Source: Haliotis rufescens (Eukaryota). From it: 64,000 bases of DNA. Of this stretch, positions 1 to 13,772 are shown piece by piece. The notes beneath the pieces were generated by a model that made no database searches, was not told the origin of the DNA, and saw only the letters and a program-made list of their open reading frames with translations. Both the position numbers and the translations under genes were made by a program. Within the stretch, counting starts at the first letter, position 1. Every line of letters starts with the position of its first letter. The stretch is from contig NW_025964001.1 in the NCBI RefSeq assembly GCF_023055435.1, positions 34,534,001 through 34,598,000 on the forward strand. The letters run 5' to 3'.

Positions 1-46
1 GGGAAACTAACCCCGGACCTCTACCACTAGCCCGCGGAGGCGGTCC
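1..46 (-). mobile_element. 5' head of family D SINE (runs off window)
   Basis: Reverse complement GGACCGCCTCCGCGGGCTAGTGGTAGAG matches the heads at 11689 and 13773. Confidence 0.55.
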
Positions 47-54
47 GCACAGAA

Positions 55-1320
55 GGTTGAGATTGACATTGTACTGCGGGCTGAGATTGTACAGCAGGCT
101 GAGATTGTAGAGCGGGCTGAGATCGTAGAGCGGGCTGAGATTGTAGAGCGGGCTGAGATTGTACAGAAAGCTGAGATTGTATAGCGGGCTGAGATTGTAC
201 AGCAGGCTGAGATTGTAGAGCGGGCTGAGATTGTAGAGCGGGCTGAGATTGTACCGCGGGCTGAGATTGTATAGCGGGCTGAGATTGTATAGTGGGCTGA
301 GATTGTATACCAGGCTGAGATTGAATAGCGGGCTGAGATTGTATACCAGCCTTGAGATTGAACAGCGGGCTTAGATTGTATAGCGGGCTGAGATTGTATA
401 GCGGGCTGAGATTGTATAGTAGGCTGAGACTGTACTGCGGGATGAGATTGTACTGCTGGCTGAGCTTGTATTGCAGGCTGAGATTGTATAGCAGGCTGAG
501 ATTGTATAGCAGGCTGAGATTGTACCGCGGGCTGAGATTGTACAGCGGGCTGAGATTGTATAGCAGGCTGAGATTGTATAGCAGGCTGATATTATACAGC
601 AAGCTGAGATTGTACAGCGGGCTGAGATTGTACTGCAGGCTGAGATTGTATAACAGGCTGAGATTGTACCGAAAGCTGAGATTGTATAGCAGGCTGAGAT
701 TGTATAGCAGGCTGAGATTGTATAGCAGGCTGAGATTGTATAGCGGGCTGAGATTGTATAGGAGGCTGAGATTGTATAGCAGTCTGAGGTTGTACTGCAG
801 GCTGAGGTTGTACTGCAGGCTGAGGTTGTACTGCAGGCTGAGATTGTATAGCAGGCTGAGATTGTACTGCAGGCTGAGGTTGTACTGCAGGCTGAGGTTG
901 TACAGCAGGCTGAGATTGTATAGCAGGCTGATATTGTTCAGCAAGCTGAGATTGTATAGCAGGCTGAGATTGTATAGCAGTCTGAGGTTGTACTGCAGGC
1001 TGAGATTGTACTGCAGGCTGAGATTGTACTGCAGGCTGAGATTGTACAGCAGGCTGAGATTGTATAGCAGGCTGAGATTGTACTGCAGGCTGAGATTGTA
1101 CAGCAGGCTGAGATTGTACCGCGGGATGAGATTGTACAGCAGGCTGAGATTGTACAGCAGGCTGAGATTATATAGCAGGCTGAGATTGTACAGCTGGCTG
1201 AGGTTGTACTGCAGGCTGAGATTGTATAGCAGGCTGAGATTGTATAGCAGGCTGAGATTGTACTGCAGGCTGAGATTGTATAGCAGGCTGAGATTGTACA
1301 GCGGGTTGAGATCATACTAA
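55..1320. repeat. 18-bp minisatellite (GGCTGAGATTGTAYAGCR), ~70 units
   Basis: Direct tandem repeats. The long ORFs 27..944, 352..1320 and 938..1408 are readings of this unit. Confidence 0.95.
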
Positions 1321-1974
1321 ATGTGGGTTGAGATGGATGGATGTGGGTTGAGATGGATGGGTATTGAAATGGGTGGATTCGGTTTGAGATTGTAATGCTG
1401 AGTTGCAAACTTATTTGATTTTGGTTTTGTCCTGGGATTTTGTATTGAGATCACAAATATTTTTCAGTCGCAGATGCAAAACCATTTTTTAAACATTAAA
1501 ACTAAGAGCCAGTATGTTTTTTCCCCTTAAAAACACAATGAACAATGTTATTTTTGCGGCAGACGATTGCTTTCTTTTTTTCATCAATATGAATCATAAT
1601 TCTAATTTTCAAGAAGTTTCGGGGCCAGTTTTTTTTTTCGATAAAATATCAGTTTCTCTCACACTCCTCTCCCCCAACCCTTAATAAAACCGTAGCGTGT
1701 GTAGATCAACTATTTCAGAATATGCAATAACTGTGTGCCATAAAAAAAATATTAATTGCCTGTGTAAATCAAATCTTCCCATTCATCACTTATTCAAGGT
1801 TGACTTTATTATTTTATAATGAATTTAACCTTTAGAAATGATCAATGGAAAGGCCTAATCCAATTGTAGTCCACAGTACGATCTAGTGCAACAACGGAAC
1901 TCTATGGGCAGCATAGTTGTGAAACGCATTGCCTGTCGACGCACGATGGAAGAACTGGCAGCACTGGCTATCGT

Positions 1975-2070
1975 AAATCCAGAAATTGGCTTCACATCAT
2001 ATGTCCATGTGGGAATCGAACCCTGTTTGGGTGGCAAACGCCAGCCTTACCTACTGGGCTACCCTGCAGC
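1975..2070 (-). mobile_element. diverged family A tRNA-SINE fragment
   Basis: CCAGAAATTGGCTTCACA...GGGAATCGAACCC...GGCTACCC matches family A on the minus strand. Confidence 0.65.
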
Positions 2071-2681
2071 CATACATGCGTATTGTACGCCGGGAGAATG
2101 TGTCCCATTCGGGCAATACGATTCGTACAATTGTACAATCCACCACTGATTATACTTAGCGCCCACTAACCTATGGTACAATAAATACTCAGAACGTCAG
2201 AAATACAACGTATTCGATCAACAGGAAAAATAATTTTCCACAATAACAGAATCTAGGTTGCAGGTGTAAATATCGCGAGTAAGATCTACTAACCTACAAA
2301 TAAGGCCATGTATAGGCGATATACAAAATATGACATCGTTCACTACCAGATGGTAGAACATGAGGTGATATGTCACGCGTAACTCAAGACACGTGGCCGT
2401 CAAAACAACATGGCGGCCTCGGCGGTAATCTTTTACATCCATGTTTGATAATGAAAGTCACAAGTCTCGACCTTCGTTCGTGGAGTTTCTTATTTTAAAC
2501 AGCTTTGTTGTTTATGTATGATGTGAAAAATCAGAACGATATTCCTTTCGTTGTTCTGAATGATTTCAGCGTGTCGTCCCCAGTAGGTCCATCGCGCTAC
2601 TCTATAAATGTAATGCATACAATGGATCGACAAAAACAAGAGCTATTACATATTTATCTGATTAAAAAACGACAAACACAA

Positions 2682-2742
2682 TCGCCTGTTACGGCAAGTA
2701 TGGGTTGCTGAAGACCTATCCTAACCCGGATCTTCAGGGGTC
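2682..2742 (-). mobile_element. family B retroposon, head only
   Basis: Reverse complement GACCCCTGAAGATCCGGGTTAGGATAGGTCTTCAGCAACCCATACTTGCCGTAACAGGCGA. Confidence 0.8.
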
Positions 2743-2952
2743 TGTATGTTAATGATTCAGGAGTAACCAAGTTGTTTGTTTTTACACTCTGAAAAACACA
2801 ATAACACTCAATGAGAACATATCTCCCACCACAGTGTAAAATATAACATAGAAAACCAGAACATGATAGTTCATCTAGATAGTTCAAATAGACAACATCC
2901 ACATCACATTCATCATACACTATGTATATATGCACAGATCTAACCATCATAA

Positions 2953-3122
2953 GGGGCGGTCGGGTAGTCTTGTGGTTAAAGCGTTCGCTCTTCACGCCGA
3001 AGATCCGGGTTCGATTCCCGACATGTGTACAATGTGTGAAGCCAATTTCTGGTGTCCCCCGCCGTGATATTGCTGGAATATTGTTAAAAGCGGCGTAAAA
3101 CCATACTCACTCACTCACTCAC
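2953..3122 (+). mobile_element. family A tRNA-derived SINE, full length, (CACT)n tail
   Basis: A-box-like TAGTCTTGTGG, B box GGTTCGATTCC, and TSD TAACCATCATAA at 2941-2952 and 3123-3134. Confidence 0.92.
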
Positions 3123-3729
3123 TAACCATCATAAGGATATGGTTATTTTCGTACCATTTCCATACAAATATGCATAATTAAATAAATGTTTGCTGCATGT
3201 AAATATAGCACTGGCATTACTACGTGTTAGCTTTAAATAATAGTAATCAAGATCTACACTTAGTACAGATATGGAGGATGCCAAATGATCACACTTCTTA
3301 CTGCGTGTAAAAACGTACTAAACAGATAAACCTACTTATATATTTATTACATGGAATGATGTACACACATACCAGAAGTATGGCCGCATGGCGTAGGTTT
3401 CATGTCAAACGGCTTCTTGGCTAGGGCTAATCAGTGATCAAAATACTTACTAATATGGAAATATGCTAATGATACTAAATGTAAAATACAACTTCCGTAC
3501 ACAATGATCTTACACGTGAGGACAATATTATCACATCAGTGCTACTTAAATACATATTTACAGATCTTAACATAGCAGTATCATAAAACACAATACAATA
3601 CCAAACATCCCAGCACTGTCATAAATGTCCACACATTTATTATACGTTTATCATATGCATGAAGTTTCATAAACATATAATTGCCTTTCTGGGCGAGTCA
3701 TTCATTCACTAAATCTCTCAGACCAGACC

Positions 3730-5633
3730 TACTCATTCACTCACTCTCAAACTCACTCACTCAACCACCCACTCACTCACTCACATACTCACTCACTCAC
3801 TCAACCACCCACTCACTCACTCAGCCAGCCAAACACCCATCCAGCAACCAACCCACCCAGCCACTCACTCACCAACTCACTCACTCAACCACCCACTCAA
3901 CCACTCAATCACTCAGCCAAACACCCACCAAGCAACCAACCCACTCACTCACTCAACCACCCACTCACTCACTCAGCTAGCCAAACACCGATCACGCAAC
4001 CAACCCACTCACTCACTCACTCACTCACTCTCACACTCACTCACTCAACCACCCACTCACTCACTCAGCCAGCCAAACACCGATCCAGCAACCAACCCAC
4101 TCACTCACTCACTCACTCTCACACTCACTCACTCAACCACCCACTCACTCACTCAGCCAGCCAAACACCGATCCAGCAACCAACCCACTCACTCACTCAC
4201 TCACTCTCACACTCACTCACTCACTCACTCACTCAACCACCCACTTACTCACTCAGCCAGCCAAACACCGATCCAGCAACCGACCCACTCACTCACTCAC
4301 TCATTCACTCCCTCACTATCACACTCCCTCACTCAACCACCCATTCACTCACTCACATACTCACTCACTCAACCACCCACCCACTCCCTCAGCCAGCCAA
4401 TCGCCCACCAAGCAACCAACCCACCCAGCCACTCACTCACTCACTCACTCACTCAACCACTCAACCACCCACTCACTCACTCACCCAAACACCAACCCAG
4501 GTAACCAACCCACTCACTCACTCACTCACATACTCACTCACTCAACCAAACACCCAACAAGCAACCAACCCACCCAGCCACTCACTCACTCACTCACTCA
4601 CTCAGCCAAACACCAACCCAGCAACCAACCCAGCCAGCCACCCACTCACTCACTCACTCACTCAACCACTCACTCAACCACTCAATCACTCACTCAGCCA
4701 AACTCCCACCAAGCAACCAACCCACCCAGCCACTCACTCACCAACTCACTCACTCAACCACCCACTCACTCACTCACTCACTCAGCCAAACACCCACCAA
4801 GCAACCAACCCACTCACTCACTCAACCACTCAACCACCCACTCACTCAACACCGATCACGCAACCAACCCACTCACTCACTCGCTCACTCACTCTCACAC
4901 TCACTCACTCAACCACCCACTCACTCACTCAGCCAGCCAAACACCGATCCAGCAACCAACCCACTCACTCACTCACTCACTCACTCACTCACTCTCACAC
5001 TCACTCACTCAACCACTCACTCAACCACCCACTCACTCACTCAGCCAGCCAAACACCGATCCAGCAACCGACCCACTCACTCACTCACTCATTCACTCCC
5101 TCACTCTCACACTCACTCACTCAACCACCCATTCACTCACTCACATACTCACTCACTAAACCACCCACCCACTCACTCAGCCAGCCAATCACCCACCCAG
5201 CAACCAACCCACCCAGCCACTAACTCACTCAGTCACTCACCCACTCAACCAAACAACCACCCACTCATTCACTAACTCACCCAAACACCAACCCAGGTAA
5301 CCAACCCACTCACTCACTCACTCACATACTCACTCACTCAACCAAACACCCAACAAGCAACCAACCCACCCAGCCACTCACTCACTCACTCACTCAGCCA
5401 AACACCAACCCAGCAACCAACCCAGCCAGCCACTCACTCACTCACTCAACCACTCACTCACCCACTCACTCACTCACTCAGCCAGCCAAACACCCACCCA
5501 GCAACCAACCCAGCCACTCACTCACTCAACCACTCACTCAACCACTCACTCACTCAGCCAGCCAAACACCCACCAAGCAACCAACCCAGCCAGCCACTCA
5601 CTCACTCACTCACTCACTCACTCACTCACTCAC
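3730..5633. repeat. compound (ACTC)n/(ACCA)n microsatellite-derived array
   Basis: About 1.9 kb of ACTC, ACCC, AGCC and AACC tetramers with higher-order blocks (CCAAACACCGATCCAGCAACC). Confidence 0.95.
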
Positions 5634-5729
5634 CAGCCAGAACACGCAATACGTCGTCGCTGTGTACCCACCTACGATTTTTTTTGCCGAAAACATACTT
5701 CCCCCTCCCATCCCGGGGATCACACCCAT
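5634..5729 (-). CDS. candidate first coding exon MGVIPGMGGGSMFSAKKIVGGYTATTYCVFWL (possibly a tetraspanin-like membrane protein)
   Basis: ATG follows an in-frame upstream TGA. There are 32 open codons in unique CpG-rich DNA ending at CTG|GTGAGT, a consensus phase-0 donor. The ...VFWL end resembles tetraspanin exon 1. No downstream exon was identified. Confidence 0.33.
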
Positions 5730-7767
5730 CACATTAGCATAGTTTCCCGGCCAGGGGGAAGCATCACCACTATTCTGTTTTTGGTTTCACATTTTCTCAT
5801 CCCACATATTTGTCGAGGACGGGCCGTATTCAGACACGGCAGAGTAACGCCTTGGCGGGGAACCACTTAAATGACGTAACTGCGGCCGCACCACCAAAAC
5901 GCGCACAGCAACTTGAAGAATTATGACTTTGTCGCAGATATGGTTGCGCCATCTCTCGGAATCAGATACTTCAGTAAACAATCATCACATATCTTGTATT
6001 TCACTTTATGCTTTTCAACTATAAGAAACACGCTGAAGAATGTACACTCTGATGACTGAAGGATAGCCAATTTTTCAGAATGTGTCACTTGTTGCCCTGG
6101 CACATTCGTTAAAGGGGCACTCTCAACAACGATTGCCTTAACCGCGGGAGTATAGGAGTGGCAATGGACTGGGTCCCTGTCTACGAACGCTCTAAAACAT
6201 CTTAGCTAGCTGCGTATATCAGAACTGGAAGTGGAAGAGCGGTAATGGATTGAGATCGTGACTATCAATACTTGTAATATTACGGCAGTGGAATCAGTTA
6301 CGACGTATCATTAGACTGGGCACCTCTCTACGTATATCTGTCAAGTGAGTAGCTACCTGCATATAAATGGAACCAGTCTAAAAACGTTTAGCCCCAGAAA
6401 TAAAGTTATCTTATGTAAAATGATATATCTACAAAATACAAAAATATGATTCAAATGAGCCAAGAAAATTTCTTAATTTCAGATCTGAGGCAATCTATTC
6501 TAGACTTGAGTTGGATTTATTTTTTAATATATTCTCTAGGATCTGGAAGACTAGAAAATCGCATATCTAGATTAAAATTGGAGTTTTCATGTACGGCACT
6601 TATACGAGAAACCAGCTGCCAGGACTTTTATCGTAAAATAATACGGGATTATTTGTCAGACGTGTATTTATGCTAGAAGAAGACACGTGTCTATACACGT
6701 GCGCCATCTTGTTCAGCCTGTAGTCTCATGTCCCGTGGGAGATTACGAGATTTCGAGAAGAGACCATTTCGTCTCTTTAAATGTTCCTTGGCCAAAAATG
6801 CCATCTTTAATAATGTGACACTTATGATGTGACACAATACACGATGCCCACGGATCCATGCTGCTTGACCTGGAAAACTTGGCGACGCCACACGAGGCAT
6901 ATATTTAAGGGTTTGAATAACCTTTAGGCACTGAAGTTACCATTCGTATTTTGATACCCATAACAGTATCGAAGTGTTTGTACCCATCAAGCGTTTATTG
7001 TCGCTCGGATAAAAGAAGGACTGGTCGTCTCCGAGTATAATAAAATATGCACTGGTATCAAAGTAGGCTCGCACATAAAACCGGCACACGCACGCACGCA
7101 CGCACGCACGCACACGTACAGTGAAATACTTGACGGTAATGAACATTGCTTAGAAGGGACACATTCTGTTCTATTGTTATAGTCATGGCTTGACAGATTA
7201 CCAATGGTAATATGAAAGAAGCGGGTGGTCCTTAACTTCTTTTGAGTAGTATATTATGAGAATGAGCTTAGTGTTTCATAGAAAGAAAAGAGATTCAAAC
7301 CTTTTCTGAAAATACGAAATAGCCTGGCACGACCTTGTCGACCCAGTGTAGCTACTCCACCACAACAGTAGGTATAACTTGGAACAGTCTGTATTGACAG
7401 AATAATAGTGAAATGCCACATCGTGCTTTTGATATTAACGAGATCATCATCAGTGAATCCTCAGACCGATGGACGTCACCGAGATATTCTGATCTACATT
7501 GTCTGGAGCAGAGATTAACACGAAGCCATCTTTTGGTTATATATACCTATAAGTAATTAAAAAAAATATCCTTTTTTATGTCATTTATTGTCAATGTTGT
7601 CACAGTAGTCGAATAACTAGTGCCATGACATTGTAACAAAATAGGTCTTTACACAAAGGTTTTAGTTTCTGTATTTCAGTATGGGAATGCTACATTGTGA
7701 ATTAAGTCCCTGGCATATTAAAGTATACACTTGAAACTTGGATTTGACTAATAGCAAACGTTATCTA

Positions 7768-8008
7768 TGAGTGAGTGAGTGAGTGAGTTGGGTTTAACGC
7801 CGCTTTTAACAGTATTCCAGTGATATCGCAGCGTGTCAGCTTAATGTGGGAGGAAAGCACGAAGTGTTGCAGGTCTCAGACGTTTACCACTTCGATGAAA
7901 AACTGACAAACCTAGAAACATAATCGGGGCGAACCGGGATTCGAACCCACAATCACAGGTTTCTGGCGTGCCCAAGGGACACAACTCTGCACAGCGAATC
8001 TCGGCGCC
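7768..8008 (-). mobile_element. family C tRNA-derived SINE
   Basis: B box GGTTCGAATCC, body GCTTTCCTCCCAC, shared tail GCGGCGTTAAAC and (CACT)n. Confidence 0.85.
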
Positions 8009-9349
8009 TTAGACCACCCGTGCCCCCCAAACGCTACTAGACTGAAAACGTTCGCCGAAACACTGCAAACTGAAGGTCCAAAACATACATATGAAACCCG
8101 TCTCAAATACAACCCCATCGAATAGATAGTTATTTGATTCATCTTTAGCCACCATCAAAATGGGTGCAATTTATTCATCTTTGTCTTCATCATACTCGAA
8201 CTCGCGGCTTTTCCTCATACCTAAGCTGATAGGCCGTGATATAACTGAAATACAGTTCAAAGCGGCGTTAAACCCAACTCACTCACTCATGATAACACAC
8301 CCAGTCATATATCCTGGTTATGAAATATATGGCAATATATTCAAACTGAAGCTTAATATTTTCTTAAATGTCGTAGAATACGGTTTCGCGACGTATCAGC
8401 CTTCGTATCATTAGCTGGGCAATCTAGCTGAGTTAATTGGCAGGTGTCATCACCGGAGAGAATGTTTTGCTCGAGAACAAAGAAAAACATTATTTTCGCT
8501 GACTGTCATTTCTTTTTTACTTTTCTTCCCTTTTACAATATATAGTACCCTCACTAACCATATCAATCCAATCATGAAATGAACCCCTTCAAACCTGTTC
8601 TAACACAAGCAATAACCACAAGATAAGCCACCTCGACCCAAAAGAACATGTTTAGTTTCATTCCTAATATTAACGAATTTACCTAAAAGCTCGATAGAAT
8701 TGTTTAGATGTATCTCGCTATAACACTAGCAGGTAAATGTCACGAACAATTACGCTTATTTTTTCACGCCTGTAGCGTAGCCCTGTCTCGCACAAGCTCA
8801 TTTCCAAATAGCATTTTTTTTTACCCAAAGACTTGGAGTCGTCGATAAGCTGGTATTTAATTTGACGAGGACGTGGTTGTGACGTAACCGCCAACATTGT
8901 AAGGAATTTCACTTATTTCGCGCTTTTTCACATCGTGGACAAATTAACCGTTGTTTTGGTGTTATCTTCCCTCACACTCAGTGTCTGTTTCCAGGCGATG
9001 TTTTCTTTGAGTCGTGTTTTACTGCAACCTTTGGAACACAGACCTGGCTGGTGCAGTCGCTCTGGGTGCACTGGTGATAAGACAGGGGAAGAGAGCAATA
9101 TTATGGTGGTTACTTTTCAACATATTAGTTTGAAAAATCTGGCCCCGTGACCTACGATAACGTCAGTGTCAAATGTTGTCTTGATTCTGCGGCAAGCTCG
9201 CTTTGAGCTGCTGACGTTTTGTAGACGGTTGTGGTTGTTTCTTCCACAAATCTGTGGAATGCGCTGATTCAGTTGGAGTAAAGAATTTTTGTGTGACACA
9301 AAGATATCATATACTTGTAAATGATGATAATGACTTTTATGAACTTTTT

Positions 9350-9353
<4 letters not shown>

Positions 9354-9423
<70 letters not shown>
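9354..9423. repeat. (GA)n microsatellite at the start of a GA-rich tract extending to ~10580
   Basis: Perfect GA run followed by purine-rich low-complexity sequence. Confidence 0.95.
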
Positions 9424-9424
<1 letters not shown>

Positions 9425-9487
9425 AGAGCGTGAGGGAAAAAAGAGCTAAGAAGAGAACAACAGAGACGGGAAAATGAGAATGGATGA

Positions 9488-9647
9488 GAGTGGGTGAGTA
9501 TGGTTTGACGCCTCTGTTATCAATATTCCAGCAATATCATGGCGGGGGACACCAGAGGCTTCACACATTGTGCCCATGTCGAGAATCGAACCTTGGTCTT
9601 CGGCGTGACGAGCGAACGCTTTAACCACAAGGCTACCCGACCGCCCC
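9488..9647 (-). mobile_element. family A SINE
   Basis: Reverse complement of the 2953-3122 element. Confidence 0.9.
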
Positions 9648-9684
9648 AGAAGAGATGAGAGAGAGAAGAAAAAGACAGAAAGAC

Positions 9685-9736
<52 letters not shown>

Positions 9737-10299
9737 CTGAGTTAAGAGAACAGAAATAGCGAGGAGCAGAGAGAAACGAAGAGCAAAGAAGACATTAACA
9801 GAGAAGAGACGCTTGAAGAGAAACATGAACAGAGAGGATACGATAGAGAAGGAAGTGAGAATAGAGCAGGACAGGGATTAGAGATGATAATAGAGAAGGA
9901 ACAGAAAGAGACGAGACGGGGAAGAACAGCGAGACAAGAGAAGAGAAGAAGAGAAGGGAGAAGAGAACGAGAAGAAAAGAGAGTGAAGAGAAGATACACT
10001 GTTAGTAATTGAAATTCACTGTCCGCTTCCGATAGCCGGATTTCCGGATAAATGAAGCATTTTATGTAGTATATATTTCGTTCCAGGTAAATATCGTTCG
10101 GTAGGCGAGGTTTCAGGGTGTATCGGGTCCGGATAAGCTGGGTTCTACTTTATAAGGAGAGACTCGAGATTGAAGAAAGAGAGATAAAGAGGAGACAGAA
10201 AAAAACGGAAATGAGAGAGGCAGAGAGGGGAGAGACAGAGGAGGCGAGAGGGAAGAGAGAGAGAAAGTAGAGAGGGAAGAACAGATCAGGAAGGGAAGA

Positions 10300-10461
10300 G
10301 TTAGCGAGTATAATTTTACGCCGCTTTTAGAAATATTACAGCAATATCACGGCGGGGGTCACCAGAAATGGGCTTCACACATTGTACCCATGTCTGTAAT
10401 GGAACCCGGTTATTCAGCGTGACGAGCGAACGCTTTAACCACTAGGCTACCCGACCGCCCC
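10300..10461 (-). mobile_element. family A SINE
   Basis: Reverse complement of the 2953-3122 element. Confidence 0.9.
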
Positions 10462-11688
10462 AGGAAGAGAAGAGAGAAGAGCAGAGATATGAGCAGAGAG
10501 AGAATGAGAAGAGGTGTTTTGAAGGAGGAAAAGAGAGAAAGCACCCGGACAGAACACTACAAAAGAGGAGAGAAGACAAACGTACTCGAAGTCATGGATT
10601 TCTCTACATGTTCAGTGTTGTTGAGGTGTGTGTAAATAATAGATAGGTAGGCCTAAAGTACCTACGTATCAGTTATCACGGTGATGGCGTAGGCTGCTTG
10701 GCGGTCGATAACGCTGATACAAAATATTAAACTAGAAAATATGTTTCTATATTGAAATGCGCTCAGGAGTTACTGTACGCCCTGTCACTGACAAACTATT
10801 TGAAATATTCTTCTTTGTCATAATCAGGCACTGCTAACACAGACGTGTTTATTTTCGTACTTCGTGAATTTCATGAAGAGTACTGATGGCGTCTATTCCG
10901 TATATGTCACCATCAGGCCTTCATCACATATGTAATATTAATGTGCAGTAATAGCAGTACAATCTGTATAATATACTTGTGGAATTAATTTACGTTGACA
11001 TTAATCATAGTTATCAATATTGTAACAATTGCTTATGCATAACATTATTTAAGGATTGCTGTCCCTTAATCTGAAAATATGAGACAAAATTATTGATATA
11101 CTGTTCAACATTTGCTGAGGACAACACCTTTAACTAAAGGTGAATACGTTGGTTGTTAGCAAGTGTTGAGTAGTATAATTCAAATCAGCAAATACAATCT
11201 CACGAAATATATTACGACTTGGTCGTATTACATTATACTTTGGCAGATACGTTTTACGTATTTCCTGGATATTGTGGACTTTCGAGATATACATGGTACT
11301 CATCTTCTTTGTTTTTATTGCTGCAGTATAAACATAATTGTATTTCTGTTTTTTAAAATCTAATCTGAGTTATGACCATTGTATTTTATTCATATGAGAT
11401 GACTTTCTGATAAGCCTTAATTCTGAATATTAATTTATACAGTTGGGTTGACTTAATTCACGGTATCATTTTTGTTCATATGTCTTAACATCGAAGTTTG
11501 AAAATCCTCAAAAATATATATCTGTTACCGACGTCATATGCAGACCAGGCATGACCAAAGCCACAATTAAATACCAAATTGTGTGTTACAGAAACCTAGT
11601 TATTGCCTTCCGCACAGAGTTGTTTCAGTAATGCTTAACAATGTTTAGAGAATCTTGATGAAGGCTGTCTAATAAACCCTATCCAGTA

Positions 11689-11872
11689 GGGACCGCCTCC
11701 GTGGTTTCGTGGCCGAGCGTCTGCCCTGCCGCGTCATAACAAAAGACGTTAAAAGATGGTACTTGTTGTTACCATGTCTGACGCTCGGCTAAAACAAGGA
11801 CTGGTCGGCTCGGTGTCAGTATACTGTATCTGAGTGGGCGTATTCATGCTAACCTGTGGCATGGTATCTCAG
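11689..11872 (+). mobile_element. family D tRNA-SINE with Meta-domain-like body
   Basis: GTCATAACAAAAGACGTTAAAAGATGGTACTTGTTG...ACAAGGACTGGTCGGCTCGG. The Meta-domain assignment is from recall of the motif. Confidence 0.7.
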
Positions 11873-12713
11873 TTTTATTGTAATGGCTAGTATATCACCT
11901 ACGTCGCAAACCTATCTGTATAATATATTTTACCCGTCAGAATAACTATTCGTTTGTTAATTTTCTGATGTGATAAACAATATCAGCCTTGGTGATCAAC
12001 TTCAGCTCAGTCATCGTTAGTACTTATCCAGTTCATCCAAAGAAGGTTATTAATATACAAGATATTATTTCCAGATATATCTATCAGTCAGACATATCCT
12101 ACCAACTCAATCATAACTGCATTCCTAATCTTTGTTCACGGTTTAACCTTATCTGTTTATAGTTAATGGAATTGACTTTAAGATGCATGTGATCACACTG
12201 AGCTCTATCACCCCGCAATCCTACTGTTCAATCAGCCAACAATCCTGTGTTCTATCATCCCACAATCTTCCGAAATGTTGTGCGACAGTTCGGCATTGAC
12301 GAAAACTCCCCCGCACAGCCACTAACGCCAATATGATAAGTCGTGTGAATGTTAACGACAGTCTGAACTCCTCACATCGTCGATATGTCTTCATAAAAAT
12401 GTGACGTTATTCCTATGTTGTTTTGATTGCTTTTCAATTTGTCCATTATCATGTTTTACAGCCCTATAGTTTTCTAGCGCCATTTCCCAGTAATCATTTT
12501 AGAGGATCATTTCATTACAATCTGAAAAAGGATATTATCGGAACGATTAGTTTTAATATTTTAAGAACGACCCTGTTTATCGCTGGACTCCCACGTGCTG
12601 TCTATAAATGGTATCTCTGACATTCGAAAACGAGGCACTAAAAAAAGACACAGGTATTTGTAGGTCGCGTCCTACTATTTCACAAGGGCACGACACAGAT
12701 ATCATACTCACCA

Positions 12714-12982
12714 ATTAAGGTCCTGGTTAAAATAGGTCTTCAGCAACCCATGTTTGCTGTAAAAGGCGACTATGCTTGTTGTAAGAGGCGACTAACGGGA
12801 TCGGGTGGTCATGCTCGCTGACTTGTTTGATACATGTCATCATATCCAATTTGCGTGGATCGATACTCATAATATCAATCACTGGATTGTCTGGTCCAGA
12901 CTCTATTATTTACAGACCGCCGTCATATAGATGTAGTATTGCTGAGTGCGGCGTTAAACAACTAACAAACAAAAACAAACAA
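12714..12982 (+). mobile_element. family B retroposon
   Basis: GGTCTTCAGCAACCCATG...GTAAGAGGCGACTAACGGGATC...GCGGCGTTAAAC plus (CAAA)n. Confidence 0.9.
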
Positions 12983-13202
12983 CCACATATTATACTGGTA
13001 TCCGTTGGTTTGAAACTGATTCGCCGAGATTGTGGTCCTTGGTAAGTCAGCACCATACCCCCGTCAATGTTTTCACCGAAGTGGTCAACGTCCAAGTTCT
13101 GTGTCCTTTCGGTTTAAATTCCAGAACTACGATGTAATTTTATGAAAATGCGGTATGAAGCCCACATTCATCACTCACTCAGTTTTTCCCGCATGCAGCA
13201 TT

Positions 13203-13435
13203 GTCCCGTGAAGATTGGGCCATAATTGGTCTTCACTCCCTATGCTTGATGTAAGGACCGAGTAACGAAATCGGGTGGTCAGACTCGCTGACTTGGTTGA
13301 TGAATGACGTCGAATCCCAAATGCGTAATTCGATGCTCAATCACAGGATTATCTCGTCCAGATTCGATTATTTACAGACCGCCGTCATAGAGGTGGAATA
13401 TTGTTGAGTGCGGCGTTAAACAAGAAACAAACAAA
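13203..13435 (+). mobile_element. family B retroposon (older, diverged)
   Basis: Same head, body and tail with more substitutions. Confidence 0.85.
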
Positions 13436-13772
13436 GCCTACAACATTGATATGACACTGGGCACCTGTAAACAAGTATTTGAGAGAGTGAGGAAACATGC
13501 TTGGAACAGATAACAGAAGCTTTCCTGTACATGCCTTGATGGCATCGATCAGCTGGTGAATGCATGCTGCCATGCATCAGGTAAACACAGCCATGTGTAT
13601 GACAACATCCTACAACAGGAACACACGCACGTGTGAAGTCAGGAGGAAGGATGGGGAACATGCCCATAAGACTCCGCCCATCCTCCCTTGATTCATCCGC
13701 ACGGGTCGGTACACAGTAGGAATGACTCCTAACTCGTATCTAGTCAACACATTGCACGTTTCGTTTTTTTAG

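Noticed and set aside
27-1408. ORFs 352..1320 (+), 938..1408 (-) and the LYNLS part of 27..944
   Set aside because: Alternative frames of the 18-bp repeat with implausible composition.
6048-6090. Hammerhead-like CTGATGA-stem
   Set aside because: The stem is followed by GAAT rather than GAAA, and there are no stems I/III.
7925-8008. tRNA gene
   Set aside because: No complete cloverleaf, and it continues into a SINE body and tail. The same applies to all family A, C and D heads.
8375-8416. Penelope-type hammerhead on the minus strand (CTAATGA...CGAAAC)
   Set aside because: The core is mutated and stem II does not pair convincingly.
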